A DNA stretch of 64,000 nucleotides from Malacoraja senta (taxonomy: Eukaryota): the NCBI GenBank assembly GCA_038087875.1, contig JAXLNO010000627.1, positions 310,001 through 374,000 of the forward strand. Direction: 5' to 3'. Shown one piece after another: positions 36,720-49,000 of this stretch. Position numbers and translations under genes: made by a program. Numbering within the stretch: the first letter of the stretch is position 1; every line of letters starts with the position of its first letter. The notes beneath the pieces were generated by a model. It was given only the letters and a program-made list of their open reading frames with translations. It searched no databases and was not told where the DNA came from.

Positions 36720-38384
36720 AAAGAGAAATCTCCAGCGGCACCAGTCTCCTGCCTTATCGACGTCAGTTGCATGCACAGAAAAAACAGGCCACGTCAACTG
36801 TTCCCAGATTAGCACAGCTGTGGGAATTACAGATTTAGAGCGACACGTTGAACATCAGAAAACAGAATGTGATTAACTAGGTTTCACCTAGGCAGTGAAC
36901 ACCAGGTAAAGATTACAGAGTCTATGCTGAAATCGGGCAGGACTCACTGACCAACCTGTTTCTTCACTGTTAGGAACAGTTACGTTTCTGTCCATGTCCT
37001 AGTCCTGCCGCACCAGGGGCTGTGGCTTACAATGTCTGACACGGAATGGAATCATTAGATGTAGCAACTGTGCAGATGTGATAATGAGGTATATAGTTGC
37101 AATAATGCATGGACTATAATTATGATAGGTATGGTAAATGCCACATCACATATTTTCACGGCGTCTGACTGCGTGAAAGGGACAGCTACCATCATACTGG
37201 GCCTGGTCCATAGGTAACTGATTGGAAGATGTATCACATGTACACTGAACTGCTTTGCTTTGCATACAACCTAGGCAGCACATGTCTCGCCACGTGTTGG
37301 CGCACCAAGTCCCACCAAGGTAATTTTACCTGCAATGAAACTGGCGAGGAACGGACGTAAATCTGAGGCGACATCTCAGAGAACAGAACAGACCCACACA
37401 GCGGCACACAGTCATGTTATACTGTGATCCTCCCATAATCCTGCGGCTCAGTGCAACAGGACAAACATTTGTCACGCCGATATGACCAGGAGGTGATACA
37501 TAGGCGGCCTTATAGATTCCTACATGCCATCCAGTCTCCAAGGCCACCATGTGTGCGGTTTTTCCCACCACATGAAACGTCAACTAACCTAGGGACGGGT
37601 TGCGAGCAACATTGCTGGAAGTACTCAATCCTAAATCAAGTTCCCAGGAGCTATCACTGATTCCCGACCATATTGGCCTTATGGCCGCCAGAGCAATGAA
37701 AAGAAGGCGGATGAAACGAAGGACTGGGCGGGGCAAGGACACGGGATATTCTGTCTCCCAATACAGTGGCCGCCAGTCTCACAAGTCACCGAGCGGCTCC
37801 AGCTCTAAAGGGCGGATCTGCGTGTCCGGGATACTGATATAGCGGCAACACGTGAGAGTCACTGACACAACCAGGCTGTTCCCTGACCAATGCACCGGTC
37901 ACAGCTTCAAGTGTCATTGGCGCCGCTGGCGGGGTGTCAACACCTCAGGCCTCGATACCAATCAGCACTGATACCATTGTTCATCCTGTCACTGTGTACC
38001 AGACACATGACGTGGATCACACCATCTTGTCGAAAGTCGCCACACCCATTAAGTGGATAATTATAAAACACCTATGGATAATAAAAATACTTTGAATGTC
38101 CGGCGATTTCCTACATCATCTCCATTACCGATATTGTCTGAGCGAAACACGCGAGCCCTCCAGACAAAGAATGAATGACTGTTGCCATTCACAGCCACAA
38201 GAGACAACTTGTTGCTGTTTCTGTTTCCTTCCCGAGGTCTTTCTACCACTCACGTCAGGTCATCCATTTAGATTCACACCGAACTATGGGAAATTGGTTG
38301 AGGGTACTGGTCAGAGTAGAGCACTGCGGATCCGAGATGGGTGATTCAGTCAGCGTCGAACCAGAATCCTCAGAACCCACGTGA

Positions 38385-39820
38385 TTTACCACCCAGAGGT
38401 ACAGCAGACGCGATATTCACAGCACACCAATTCCAGGAAAAATGCCATGAACAAAGGCAGCCTTTGTACCTGGCCTTCATCGACCTGACAAAGACTCGGT
38501 AGACCGCCAGGCTCTTTGGAGCATACTATCAAGGTACGGTTGTTACGACAAATAATTCAGTATATTGAGGTTTCTATATGATGGCATGTCGGTCACAGTG
38601 CTCAGCAACTGCGGCTCTGAGTCCGAGCCCTTCACTGTGGAAGCGGGGGTCAAACAGGGATGTATCATCGCACCCACCCCGTTTGTCGTCTTCATTGCTT
38701 CCATACTTCACCTCATTGGTGAAGAGCTGCCACAGGGATCCCAATCCTCTACAGAACTGACGGTGGGCTCTTCAACCTCAATAGGTTGAAGGCCTGGAGC
38801 AAAGTCAGTAACACCGCCATCACGGAGCTTCAGTAAGCGGACGACTGCGCCATTGCAGCACACTCTGCACAAGACCTCCAGGGCATCCTGAATGCCTTTG
38901 TCAGACCTCCAGGGCATCCTGAATGCCTGGGCCCAGCCTTAAATATCAAGAAGACCCAGGTCCTACTTCAACCTCCACCCAACCAGACGTCTACCTACCC
39001 AATATAAAAGAGACGAATTCACTCTTGAAAACGGTGACCACTTCCCCTACCTTGGCAGCATTCTTTCCTCGAAATATGACATCGACTCTGAGGTCAACCA
39101 TCGCCTGTTGCGCCAGCGGAGCCTACGCCAGACTCACGGAAAGAGTCTTTCAAGACCGAGACCTAAAGGCTCAAACAAAACTGCTGGTTTTCCTCTCCAC
39201 CCTGTTGTATGGAGCCGAGTCATGGACCACCTACAGCAGGCACCTGAGAGCCCTGGAATAATACCATCAAAGATCCTGACAAAAGATTCTGAGGATCAGC
39301 TGGGAGGACAAACGCACCAACATCAGCATCGTGGAGGAAGCCAACATGACCAGCATCACCACCACAATAATGCAGCACCAACTTTGATGGACTGGCCATG
39401 TCATCCGCATGTCCAATAAACGTCTCCCTAAACAAATCCTGTACTCTCAACTGAAGGAAGGTCTGCGAGCCCCCGGCAGGCCAAAGAAACGCTTCAAGGA
39501 CAACATCAGGAACAGTCTGAAGAAATTCCACATCACATCAAGCAACTGGGAGCACATTGCACTGGACAGGCGCTCCTGGAGGAAATCCGTGCAGGAAAGA
39601 GCTGCACTTCATGAAATGGAACTACGCCGTGTCACAGAGACAAAGCGACAGAGAGAAGGGGGCTCGACGACTACCAACCACCGCCAGTCTCCACTGCCCA
39701 CGTTGCACCAAGGTGTGTGGATCGCGGATCGGCCTCTACAGACATCTACAGACCCACAAGTAGACGACCCTACGGAGAGGACAGTCGTAGGTTTTCGAGT
39801 GACCGCCGATGATGATGACA
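38385..39820 (+). mobile_element. 5'-truncated RTE-clade LINE
   Basis: YLAFIDLTK, GVKQGCIIAP, LLYGAESWT, RLPKQILYSQL motifs, terminal C2H2 (CPRCTKVCGSRIGLYRHLQTH), (GAT)n tail; empty site at ~52385-52395 in the right arm. Confidence 0.88.
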
Positions 39821-40661
39821 CTTGAACACTCTGTGTTGTCACAAATTTCTTGTCCATCAAGAGCAGGGTAATCAGAACCTCGATCTAACCGGACCCACAC
39901 CATGTTCCCTGTCAACGGCAGTGAAGCTGAACCAGCCGGCAGCACTGACTCACAACTGTGGGAGCCGGCGCTCAATTGGCCGCACTTTATTTCGGCCCCG
40001 TACGTTCCCGATTCCGGCTAGAAAACGTCCGGTTACGGCTCGGTCAAAGAACATCACGAGGCCTTCCATGACGGGGCACAGAATGAGAAACAGCTGAACT
40101 TCTCCCTCACAGGCCTGTCAAACACACGCAGTGCAGTGTGTACACGCGTTCCCATGTTACTCACACAGGGCAGTGACGATGCTGACCAAAATAATATTAT
40201 AAAAAGCTCAACGTTGCACGTGACGGAAATGTCGGCACTGTAAACTACAACATCTCGGGCAGGCCTATGGAGAGATGAACCTTCTGAAAACCGCAGCGGA
40301 GCATCGGAGTACGGAAATGTGGGGGGCGTCAACACGACCAAACGCCACTGGAAAGCCATTGACCGTTTTACACTGGCAATGATTGGCTCGGATCAAGGAC
40401 AAACTAACGCAACCACTCCGTGTAAGTCCACTGCAATGTACAACAGCACGAAACTTCATGGAAAGGGCAAACCGTGTAGGCATCTTGCCATTATACTGTC
40501 AGAACACAAACTGTACAAAGTCGCGGAGCAAATACGGTATCCTGGTCTTTGAAACAAGTGCTCTGTCCTGTACACGAAAACACTCTGAACACCAATGTGG
40601 TACACGAAGACTATTCCAGGAATATCTGGGCAGACAATCTCAGGTCAGGTGCAGCTGCAGA

Positions 40662-41275
40662 TAAGTCATAAGAGTAGAATTAGGCATTTCGTCCCATCAA
40701 GTCTACTCCCTATTCACCCACGGCGGATCTATCTCTTCCTCCGAACCCCATCCTCCTGCCTTCTCCCCATAACCTCTGACATCTGTACATCAAGAATCTA
40801 TCTATCTCTGCGATAAAAAAATATTCAGTGGCGGCCTCCACAGCCTTCTGTGGCAGTGAATTCCACAGATTCACCACCATCCGACGAAATAAATATATCC
40901 TCATCTCCTTCCTAAAAGAACGTCCATTAATACTGAGGCTATGACGTCTAGTCCTAGAGTCTCTCAGTGGAAACATCCTCTTCACATAGGCTCCATACAA
41001 GCCTTTCACTATTCTGTATGTTTCAATGAGGTCCCCACTTATTTTTCTAAACTCCAGCGAGTACAGGCCCAGTGCCGACAAACGCTCATTATAGGTTAAC
41101 CTACACATTCCTGGGATCACTCTTGTAAACCTCCTCTGGACCCACTCCAGAGCCATCCTCACATATGGTATCCAAAATTGCTCATAATATTCCAAAAGCC
41201 TTAACAGCGCATTATGGACCCTCGGCATTACATCTTTGTTTTGTGTACAAGCTCTCTTGAAATAAATGCTAGCAA
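40662..41275 (-). mobile_element. CR1 3' fragment (part of the duplicated arm)
   Basis: RRFTRVIPGM...LYSLEFR; shares diagnostic changes with the CR1 at 49983-51390. Confidence 0.8.
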
Positions 41276-41477
41276 CTTTTGTGGAGCACCAGAACCTAAA
41301 AGGCTTAGATACAACTTCAATCAACTCACCTGGATCAGGAAAACGGCAGAAAACGGTGCCGTTTCGGACAAGCTACTTGAGCACCTCAAGGCTCTCGCAA
41401 TTTCACGATCTCCCGCAGCTGCTGTTATTCATCGATTACAGATCGGCATTTAACACAATCATCCCCTCCAAGCTGAA

Positions 41478-43590
41478 AGTCCAGATATAACACATCCATT
41501 GGTTCTCCCTTATCCCCTCTACTAGGTACATCCTCGAAACATTCTATAAGATTCGTCAGACATGATTTACCTTTCATAAATCCATGCTGACTTTGTCCAA
41601 TGATTTCACCACTTTCCAAATGTGCTGCTATCCCATCTTTAATAACTGACTCTAGCAGTTTCCCCACTACCGATGTTAGACTAACTGGTCTGTAATTCCC
41701 CGTTTTCTCTCTCCCTCCCTTTTTAAAAAGTGGGTTACATTAGCTACCCTCCAATCCTCAGGAACTACTCCAGAATCTAAAGAGTTTTGAAAAATTATCA
41801 CCAATGCATCCACTATTTCTGGGCCTACTTCCTTAAATACTCTGGTATGCAGCCTATCTGGCCCTGGGGATTTATCGGCCTTTAATCCATTCAATTTACC
41901 TAACACCACTTCCCGGCTAACCTGGATTTCACTCAGTTCCTCCATCTCATTTGACCCCCGGCCCCTGCTATTTCCGGCAGATTGTTTATGTCTTCCTAGT
42001 GAAGACAGAACCAAAGTAGTTATTCAATTGGTCTGCCATGTCCTTATTCCCCATGATGAATTCACCTGTTTCTGACTGCAAGGGACCTACATTTGTTTTA
42101 ACTAATCTTTTTCTCTTCACATATCTATAAACACTTTTGCAGTCAGCTTTTATGTTCCCTGCCAGTTTTCTTTCATAATCTATTTTCTCTTTCCTAATTA
42201 AGCCCTTTGTCCTGCTCAGCTGGACTCTGAATTTCTCCCAGTCTTCTGGTAGGTTGCTTTTTCTGGCAAATTTGTATGCTACATCTTTTGTTTTGATACT
42301 ATCCCTGATTTCCCTTGTTATCCACGGATGCACTACCTACCCTGATTTATTATTTTGCCAAACTGGGATGAACAATTGTTGTAGTTCATCCATGCGGTCT
42401 TTAAATGCCTTCCATTGCATATCCACCGTCAACCCTTTAAGAATCAATTGCCAGTCTATCTTGGCCAATTCACGTCTCATACCCTCAGAGTCACATCTCT
42501 TTAAGTTCAGAACCCTTGTTTCTGAATTAATTATGTCACTCTGAATCCTAATGAAGAACTCAACCATATTATGGTCACTCTTGCCCAAGGGGCCACGCAC
42601 AACAAGACTGCTAACTAACCCTTCCTTATTACTCAATACCCAGTCTAGAATAGCCTGCTCTCTCGTTGGTTCCTCTACATGTTGGTTTAGAAAACTATCC
42701 CGCATACATTCCAAGAAATCCTCTTCCTCAGCACCCCTGCCAATTTGATTCACCCAATCTATATGTAGATTGAAGTCACCCATTATTACTGTTTTACCTT
42801 TGTTGCGCGCATTTCTAATTTCCTGTTTGATGCCATCCCCAACTCCACTACTACTCTTAGGTGGTCTGTACACATCTCCCACTAGCGTTTTCTGCCCCTT
42901 AGTGTTTCGCAGCTCTACCCATATCGATTCCACATCCTGCAAGCTAATGTCCTTCCTTTTTTATTGCGTTAATCTCCTCTCTAACCAGCAACGCAACCCC
43001 ACCTCATTTTCCTTTCTGTCTATCCCGCCTGAATATTGAATATCCCTGGAAGTTCAACTCCCAGCCTTGTTCACCCTGGAGCCATGTCTCCGTGATCCCA
43101 ACTATATCTTATTCATTAATAACTGTCTGCACATTCACTTGCATTGAGACACAAAGCCTTCAGGCTTGTTTTTACAACACTCTTACCCCTTATACAATTA
43201 TGTTGAAAAGTGGCCCTTTTTGTTTTTTGCCCTGGATTTGTCTGCCTGCCACTTTTACTTTTCACCTTGCTACCTATTGCTTCTACCCTCATTTTACAAC
43301 CCCTCTGTCTCTCTGCTCACACATTTAAGAAACTCACCACCTCTAATTATCTGTTTATTATATTTTCTTCTTTCTCTCCTACGTTGGGTCTGAGTGCTTC
43401 CCTTCTATGCCTCCTGCCTCACACACTGTCTACTAGCTTTCTCTATTTGAGTCCCTCCCCCAACCGTTCAAGTTTACTGTCTCCCCAGTAGCCTTTGAAA
43501 ATCTCCCCGCCAGGATATTGGTCCCCCTCGGGTTCAAGTGCAACCCGTCCTTTTTGTACAGGTCACACCTTCCCCAAAAGAGGTCCCAGG
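41478..43590 (-). mobile_element. CR1 internal fragment (end of ORF1, endonuclease, start of RT) interrupting a Rex/Babar-like LINE (41280-41477 and 43590-43890 on +)
   Basis: VESIWVEL, YRPP, MGDFN, SDH, KSPGPD, SQHGFMKGKSCLTNL; flanks read LLFIDYRSAFNTIIPSKL and a Rex-type C-terminus with an (ACTTGA)n tail. Confidence 0.8.
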
Positions 43591-44499
43591 TAAACGGTAC
43601 GGGAGCCTGAAGACTGCAACAATCAGGTTCAGGAATATCTACTTTCCCACAGCCATCAGGCTATTACACCTGGCTCGGACAAAACTCTGATCATTAATAA
43701 CCCATTAGCTGTTATTTGCACTTTATCAGTCTATTTATTCATGTGTGTATATATTTATATAATGGTATATGGACACACTGATCTGTTTTGTATTAAATGC
43801 CTACTATGTTCTGTGTGCTGAAGCAAAGCAAGAATGTCATTGTACTATCAGGGACACATGACAATAAACTCACTTGAACTTGAACTTGAAGTCACAGAGG
43901 GATATGCGACTAATGCATTGAAATGGCAATAGTATAGATTGGCATGATGATCGGTAAAGACGTAGTTGACCAAAGAGCCTGTTTCCATGCAGGACAATGA
44001 TGACACTAGGTATAGTCAAAATATCATTAAATAAACTTGAACTGTACCGAAAAGGAACACAGCTGGGTTAGCCCAGCATTGTGCTGAGAGGAGACATTCC
44101 CACCCAGTCTAAAGTATTGCCGTGCACATATATAGAACGGCGCTTGTGGATCTGAGAGGAGCATTCTCACCCAGAGAATGTTGAGTATCCGAAATACACT
44201 GCTTGAGAGAGTGGTTGAAGCAGAGTCGCTGCAGCTTTTTATAAGTGTCTAGGCGGGTAATTCAATCAACTGTGTCTACGCAGAAAGTGCAGCAATGTGT
44301 ATGTATCGGCCGACGTGCTTGTGCTAATGGTTGGTTCCCATGCTATACGACTCTGCCCGCCAGCCCTATACTGTCCTATACTGTCAGATATTCGACACGT
44401 CGGGTTTTCAGATATTCGACCCGCCGAACAACCGCGCCTTGGTCCGGACCCACCCCCCCCGCGCAGGTCCAAATCACATAGTGATCATATGGCCACCAT

Positions 44500-45575
44500 G
44501 TCATAAGAGATAGCAGTAGAATTAGGCCATTGGCCCATCGAGTCTACTCCGCCATTCAATCATGGCTGATCTATCTCTCCCTCCTAATCCCATTCTCCTG
44601 TCCTCTCCCCATAACCTCTACACATGTACTATTCAAGAATCTATCTGCCTCTGCTTTAAAAATATCCACTGACTTGGCCTCCACAGCCTTCTGTGGCAAT
44701 GAATTCCACAGTCACCACCCTCTGACTAAATAAATGTATCTTCATCTCCTTCCTAAACTAACGTCCTTTAATTCTGAGGTTATGACCTCTAGTCCTAGAC
44801 TCTCCCACGAGTGGAAACATCCTCTCCACATCCACTCTACCCAAGCCTTTCACTATTCTGTATGGTTCAATGAGGTCCCCTAATTCTTCTGAACACCAGC
44901 GAGTGCCCAGTGCCGACAAACGCTAATGATAGGCTAACCAACTGATTCCTCGCCCCCACAGACCGCCCAGGAGGCTGCAGACAAGCTGGTCGGCGAAGCC
45001 AGCCTGGGCCGAATGGAGCCTCAATGGCAGCGTTGAGCATCGGTGACGGTGGGGCCTCGGCATCGGTGAGGTATCGGCGGCAGTGAAGCTTCGCGGCGAA
45101 GGAGCCTCGGCGGTGGTGAAGCCTCGCGGCGATGGAGCCTCGGCGGCGGTGAAGCTTCGCGTCGATACGGCCTCGGCGGTGGTGAAGGGTCGCGGCGATA
45201 CGGCCTCGGCGGCGGTGGTGAAGCGTCGCGGCGATACGGCCTCGCCGGTGGTGAAGCGTCGCGGTGGTGGCGACGCCTAGCGAGTCCACCCGTGGTCGGC
45301 GGTCGATGAGAACGTGTGGGGACCGCCGTGAGGTGGGATGGGAAGAGCAACGGGGGACCCGGCGTAGGGGGCCACCGTGATGGAGGGGGGGGGGCAATGG
45401 ACATTGGGGACCCGTCGTGGGGGGAACCGTTGTGGGGGAGAGGGGAGAACAAAGAAGGAGCCAGTTTAATTTGTTACTTTGTCAGCGTCGTAGGTGCTGC
45501 TATTTGCATACTTTGTGTATGTAAGCAAAGTATTTCACTGTGCCTTGTTAAACGTGACACCAAATATTCCATTCT
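44500..45575. mobile_element. CR1 3' fragment (-; 44500-44950) followed by a GC-rich repeat with ~33-bp tandem units (45040-45290)
   Basis: CR1 3' UTR; unit approximately ggtgaagc(c/g/t)tcgcggcgat(a/g)(c/g)ggcctcggcgg. Confidence 0.6.
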
Positions 45576-46039
45576 ATCCCATAACATAGTGTCATTTGTC
45601 CTCTGGACATGATCGTTATCTCCGTCCTTGCACTGTTCTCTTTGACATTACCGCCAGAGGTTTTCTGCTGCAAAAACTGAAGGCAGAAGGAGAAGAGGCA
45701 TCTTGCTGCAAGTAAGAATCTGTCTAAAAAAGCTAAAGGATTTTAAAAATCTGCGGGAAGTAGTTAGTTGACGTTTCAGAGTAGGGTCAAGGAAAGTGCG
45801 TCCACGTCGCGGCCCTGTTTTCACCAATCTTTCCACCACCACGCACAAGAAGCACAAGACAGACACCATTTTATGCAGATGGCGAGATGTGTGTTCAGCT
45901 CTGGCTGAAGTAGATCTAATCTTGAGTGTGGACTCGATAAGGAGAAGAAGTTTCAGAATGCTAATTGTGGGGGCAGGAGATTAGAGTGAAACAGGCGTCC
46001 GATAGGCTTAGCTGGAGATTGTTTGAAGCAAATCAAAGG

Positions 46040-49000
46040 GAAGTCAGGCTAGCAGAGCGGCCTGTTGGGAGCGGCCGTGTTCAGGGAACTGTCGTGTGGA
46101 CGAAAAGTGAGTCTTGAGGCTTTGACTCAAGAGGCTTCGATGAGAAGGGATTAGGAGAGAGGAGCGGACCTGCAAGACCCAGAGCAACAGCAAGTGGGAA
46201 GCTTCGTGAAGGATTATGAGATACGTAAAGGAGACATGCAGGATCACGCGATGTGCTGCAGTTGCATTATGTGGGAGCTGGTGGACCCCTTGGTCAATCC
46301 TGGTGACCACATCTGTAGCAAATGCTGGTTGAGTTGAGAACTAATACTGAAGGTGGACGACCTGGAGTCTGAGCTACAAACGCTGAGGCACATCGAGGAT
46401 GGGGAGAATTACCTGGACGCTATGTTTATGGAGGTAGTTACACCTGCCAGAGTAACTGCTTCCAACGTGGTCCATGGTGACGTTGAGGGTGTGACTGCTA
46501 GTGAGGCAGGCAGGGTAACAGAGGTGAGGACTGAATGGAGGACTGTAGGAAGGATGAGCAACTTGACCAGGGCACAATGGTTCAGGGGTCCATCCGAGAG
46601 GGTACAAGAGCAGGAGTAGAGAGAGCTCTTAGGGCAAGCGGAATGAAGGGGTATGGGGAGAAGGCAGGAACGGGGTACTGATTGTGGATGATCAGCCATG
46701 ATCACATTGAATGGCGGTGATGGCTCGAAGGACCGAATGGCATACTCCTGCACCTATTGTCTATGTATCTATGTGAGGAAGAAAGCGTATTTGTCATTAG
46801 GGACAGTATAGTTGGAGGCTTTGTCACTGTTTTCTGTAGCGAGGATGGAGAGTTCCGAAGGCTGTGTTGCCTCCCTGGTGCCCGAGTTCAGGAAATCACG
46901 TCTGACTTGCAGAGGAACGTGGAGTGGGAGGGAAAATATCCGGTCGTCGTGGTCTATGTTGTTACCATTGGCCTAGGTAGAACGGGGAAATTAAAGGATT
47001 TTGAGCAGCTAGGTACCAAATTGAAAAGAAGAACCAGGAAGTTAATAATCTCTGGATTGCTGCCCGAGCCGTGGCGTGGGATTGAGAGGATTAGTGTGTT
47101 GAATACGAGTTGAATACGTGCCTCAAAGACGGGTATGGAAGAAGTGCTTTTGAATTTGTAGGACATTGGCATTCAGACATTGTCTGAAGAAGGGTCTCGA
47201 CCCGAAACGTCGCCAATTGCTTCTCTCCATAGATGCTGCCACACCCGCGGAGTTACTCCAGCATTTTGTGTCTACCTTCGATTTACCAGCATCTGCAGTT
47301 CTTTCTTAAACATTACCACCAGTATTGGGAAAGGAAGGAACTGTTCCGACGGGACGGACTACACTGGAACCAGACTCCTGGCTAACTTATAACGAGGGTT
47401 GTAGATTGAGCTTTAAACTAAATAGGTGGGGGGGGGGGGGGGGGGGGCAACAAATTGCAAGTGTAACGGTGGAGTTAAGTGGAAAGAGAGTGCAGGAAAT
47501 GTTACAGAAGTCTCCCGAATTATTAGGATGGCAAGTTCAAGAAGGGATAAGAGAGTAACATGGGTAAAATCGGGACCGATATAACAAGGGAGGCGAATAC
47601 AGAATTAAAGGTGTTGTATTTGAATTGCATAGTATAAGAAATAAAGTGGATGAGCTTGTAGCACAGATATAGATTTGTAGGTATGATGTTGTGGGAATTA
47701 TAGAGACGTAGCTGCAAGAGGATCGGAGCTAGGAGTTGAATATTCAGGGTTTTACGTCGTATGGGAAAGACAGAACGGTGGGCAGAGGGGGTGTGGTAGC
47801 TCTGTTGGTTAGGAATGATTTTCCGTCCTTTGCAAGGTGTGACATAGGATCAGAAAATGTACAGTCATTGTGGATAGAGCTGAGAAATTATAAGGGTAAA
47901 CAGACCCCAATGGAGGTTATTTACAGGCCACCAAACAGTAACCACGATACAATTACATCAGGAGATAAAATTGGCATGTAGAAAAGGCTTTTTTTTGGTG
48001 AATGTGATCATGGGAGATTTCAATATGCAGGTGGACTGGGACAATCAGGTTGGTACTGGACCCCAAGAAGGGGAATTTGTAGAGTATCTCCGAGATAGAT
48101 TCTTAGAGCAGCTTGTTGTGAAGCCCACCAGGGAAGAGGGAATTCTGGATTTAGTGTTATGCAATGGACGGGGTTTGATAAAAGAACTCAATGTATAGGT
48201 ACCATGAAGAGGTGGCGACCACAATATGATAAGTTATAATCTGCAATTTGAGAGGTAGAAGGTGAAATCGGATGTGCTGGTATTGCAGATGAGGAAAGGG
48301 GACTACAGAGGCACGAGGGAGGAGCTGGCCAAAGTTGACTGGGAAGGGAACCCAGCAGGGATGACAGTGGAACAGTAATGGAAGGAATTGCTGGGAATAA
48401 TCTGGAAGTTGCAGGATCTTTTCATTCCAAACAGGAAGAAAGATTCTAGGGGGAGAAAGAGGCAACCGTGACTGTCAAGGGAAGTCAAAGACAGTATAAA
48501 ACTAAAAGAGAAGGCGAATAACATAGCAAAGATTCGTGCGAAGCCAGAATATTGGGAATCTTTTAAAGAACAACAGAAGGTAACTAAAAAGGCAATACGG
48601 AGAGAAATTATGAAATACGAAAGGAAGCTAGGCAATAATATAAAAGAGGATTGCAAGAGTTTCTTCACTTATACAAAGAGTAAGAAAGAGGCAAGAGTGG
48701 ACGTTGGACAGCTGGAGAATGATGCAGGAGAAGTGATAATGGGGAATAAAGTGTTTAAGAAGGAACTGCAGATGCTGGAAAATCGAAGGTACACAAACAA
48801 TGCTGGAGAAAGTCGGCAGGTGCAGCAGCATCTATGGAGCGAAGGAAATAGGCAACGTTTCGGGCAGCATCTATGGAGCGAAGGGAATAAAGTAATGGCA
48901 GAGGTGTTTAATAACTTTATTGCCACAGTCTTCACAGTGGAAAACACCAGCAACGTGCCTGAAATTCAAGAGAGTCATAGGGTAGATGTTATTGGATGGC

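Larger units (their letters stand above)
26470..41275. repeat. Left arm of large inverted segmental duplication
   Basis: Reverse-complement matches throughout, e.g. 26470-28928 and 33629-38050 vs 55420-62035, and 38060-41275 vs 49983-52775; many duplicated ORFs on opposite strands in the ORF track. Confidence 0.92.
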
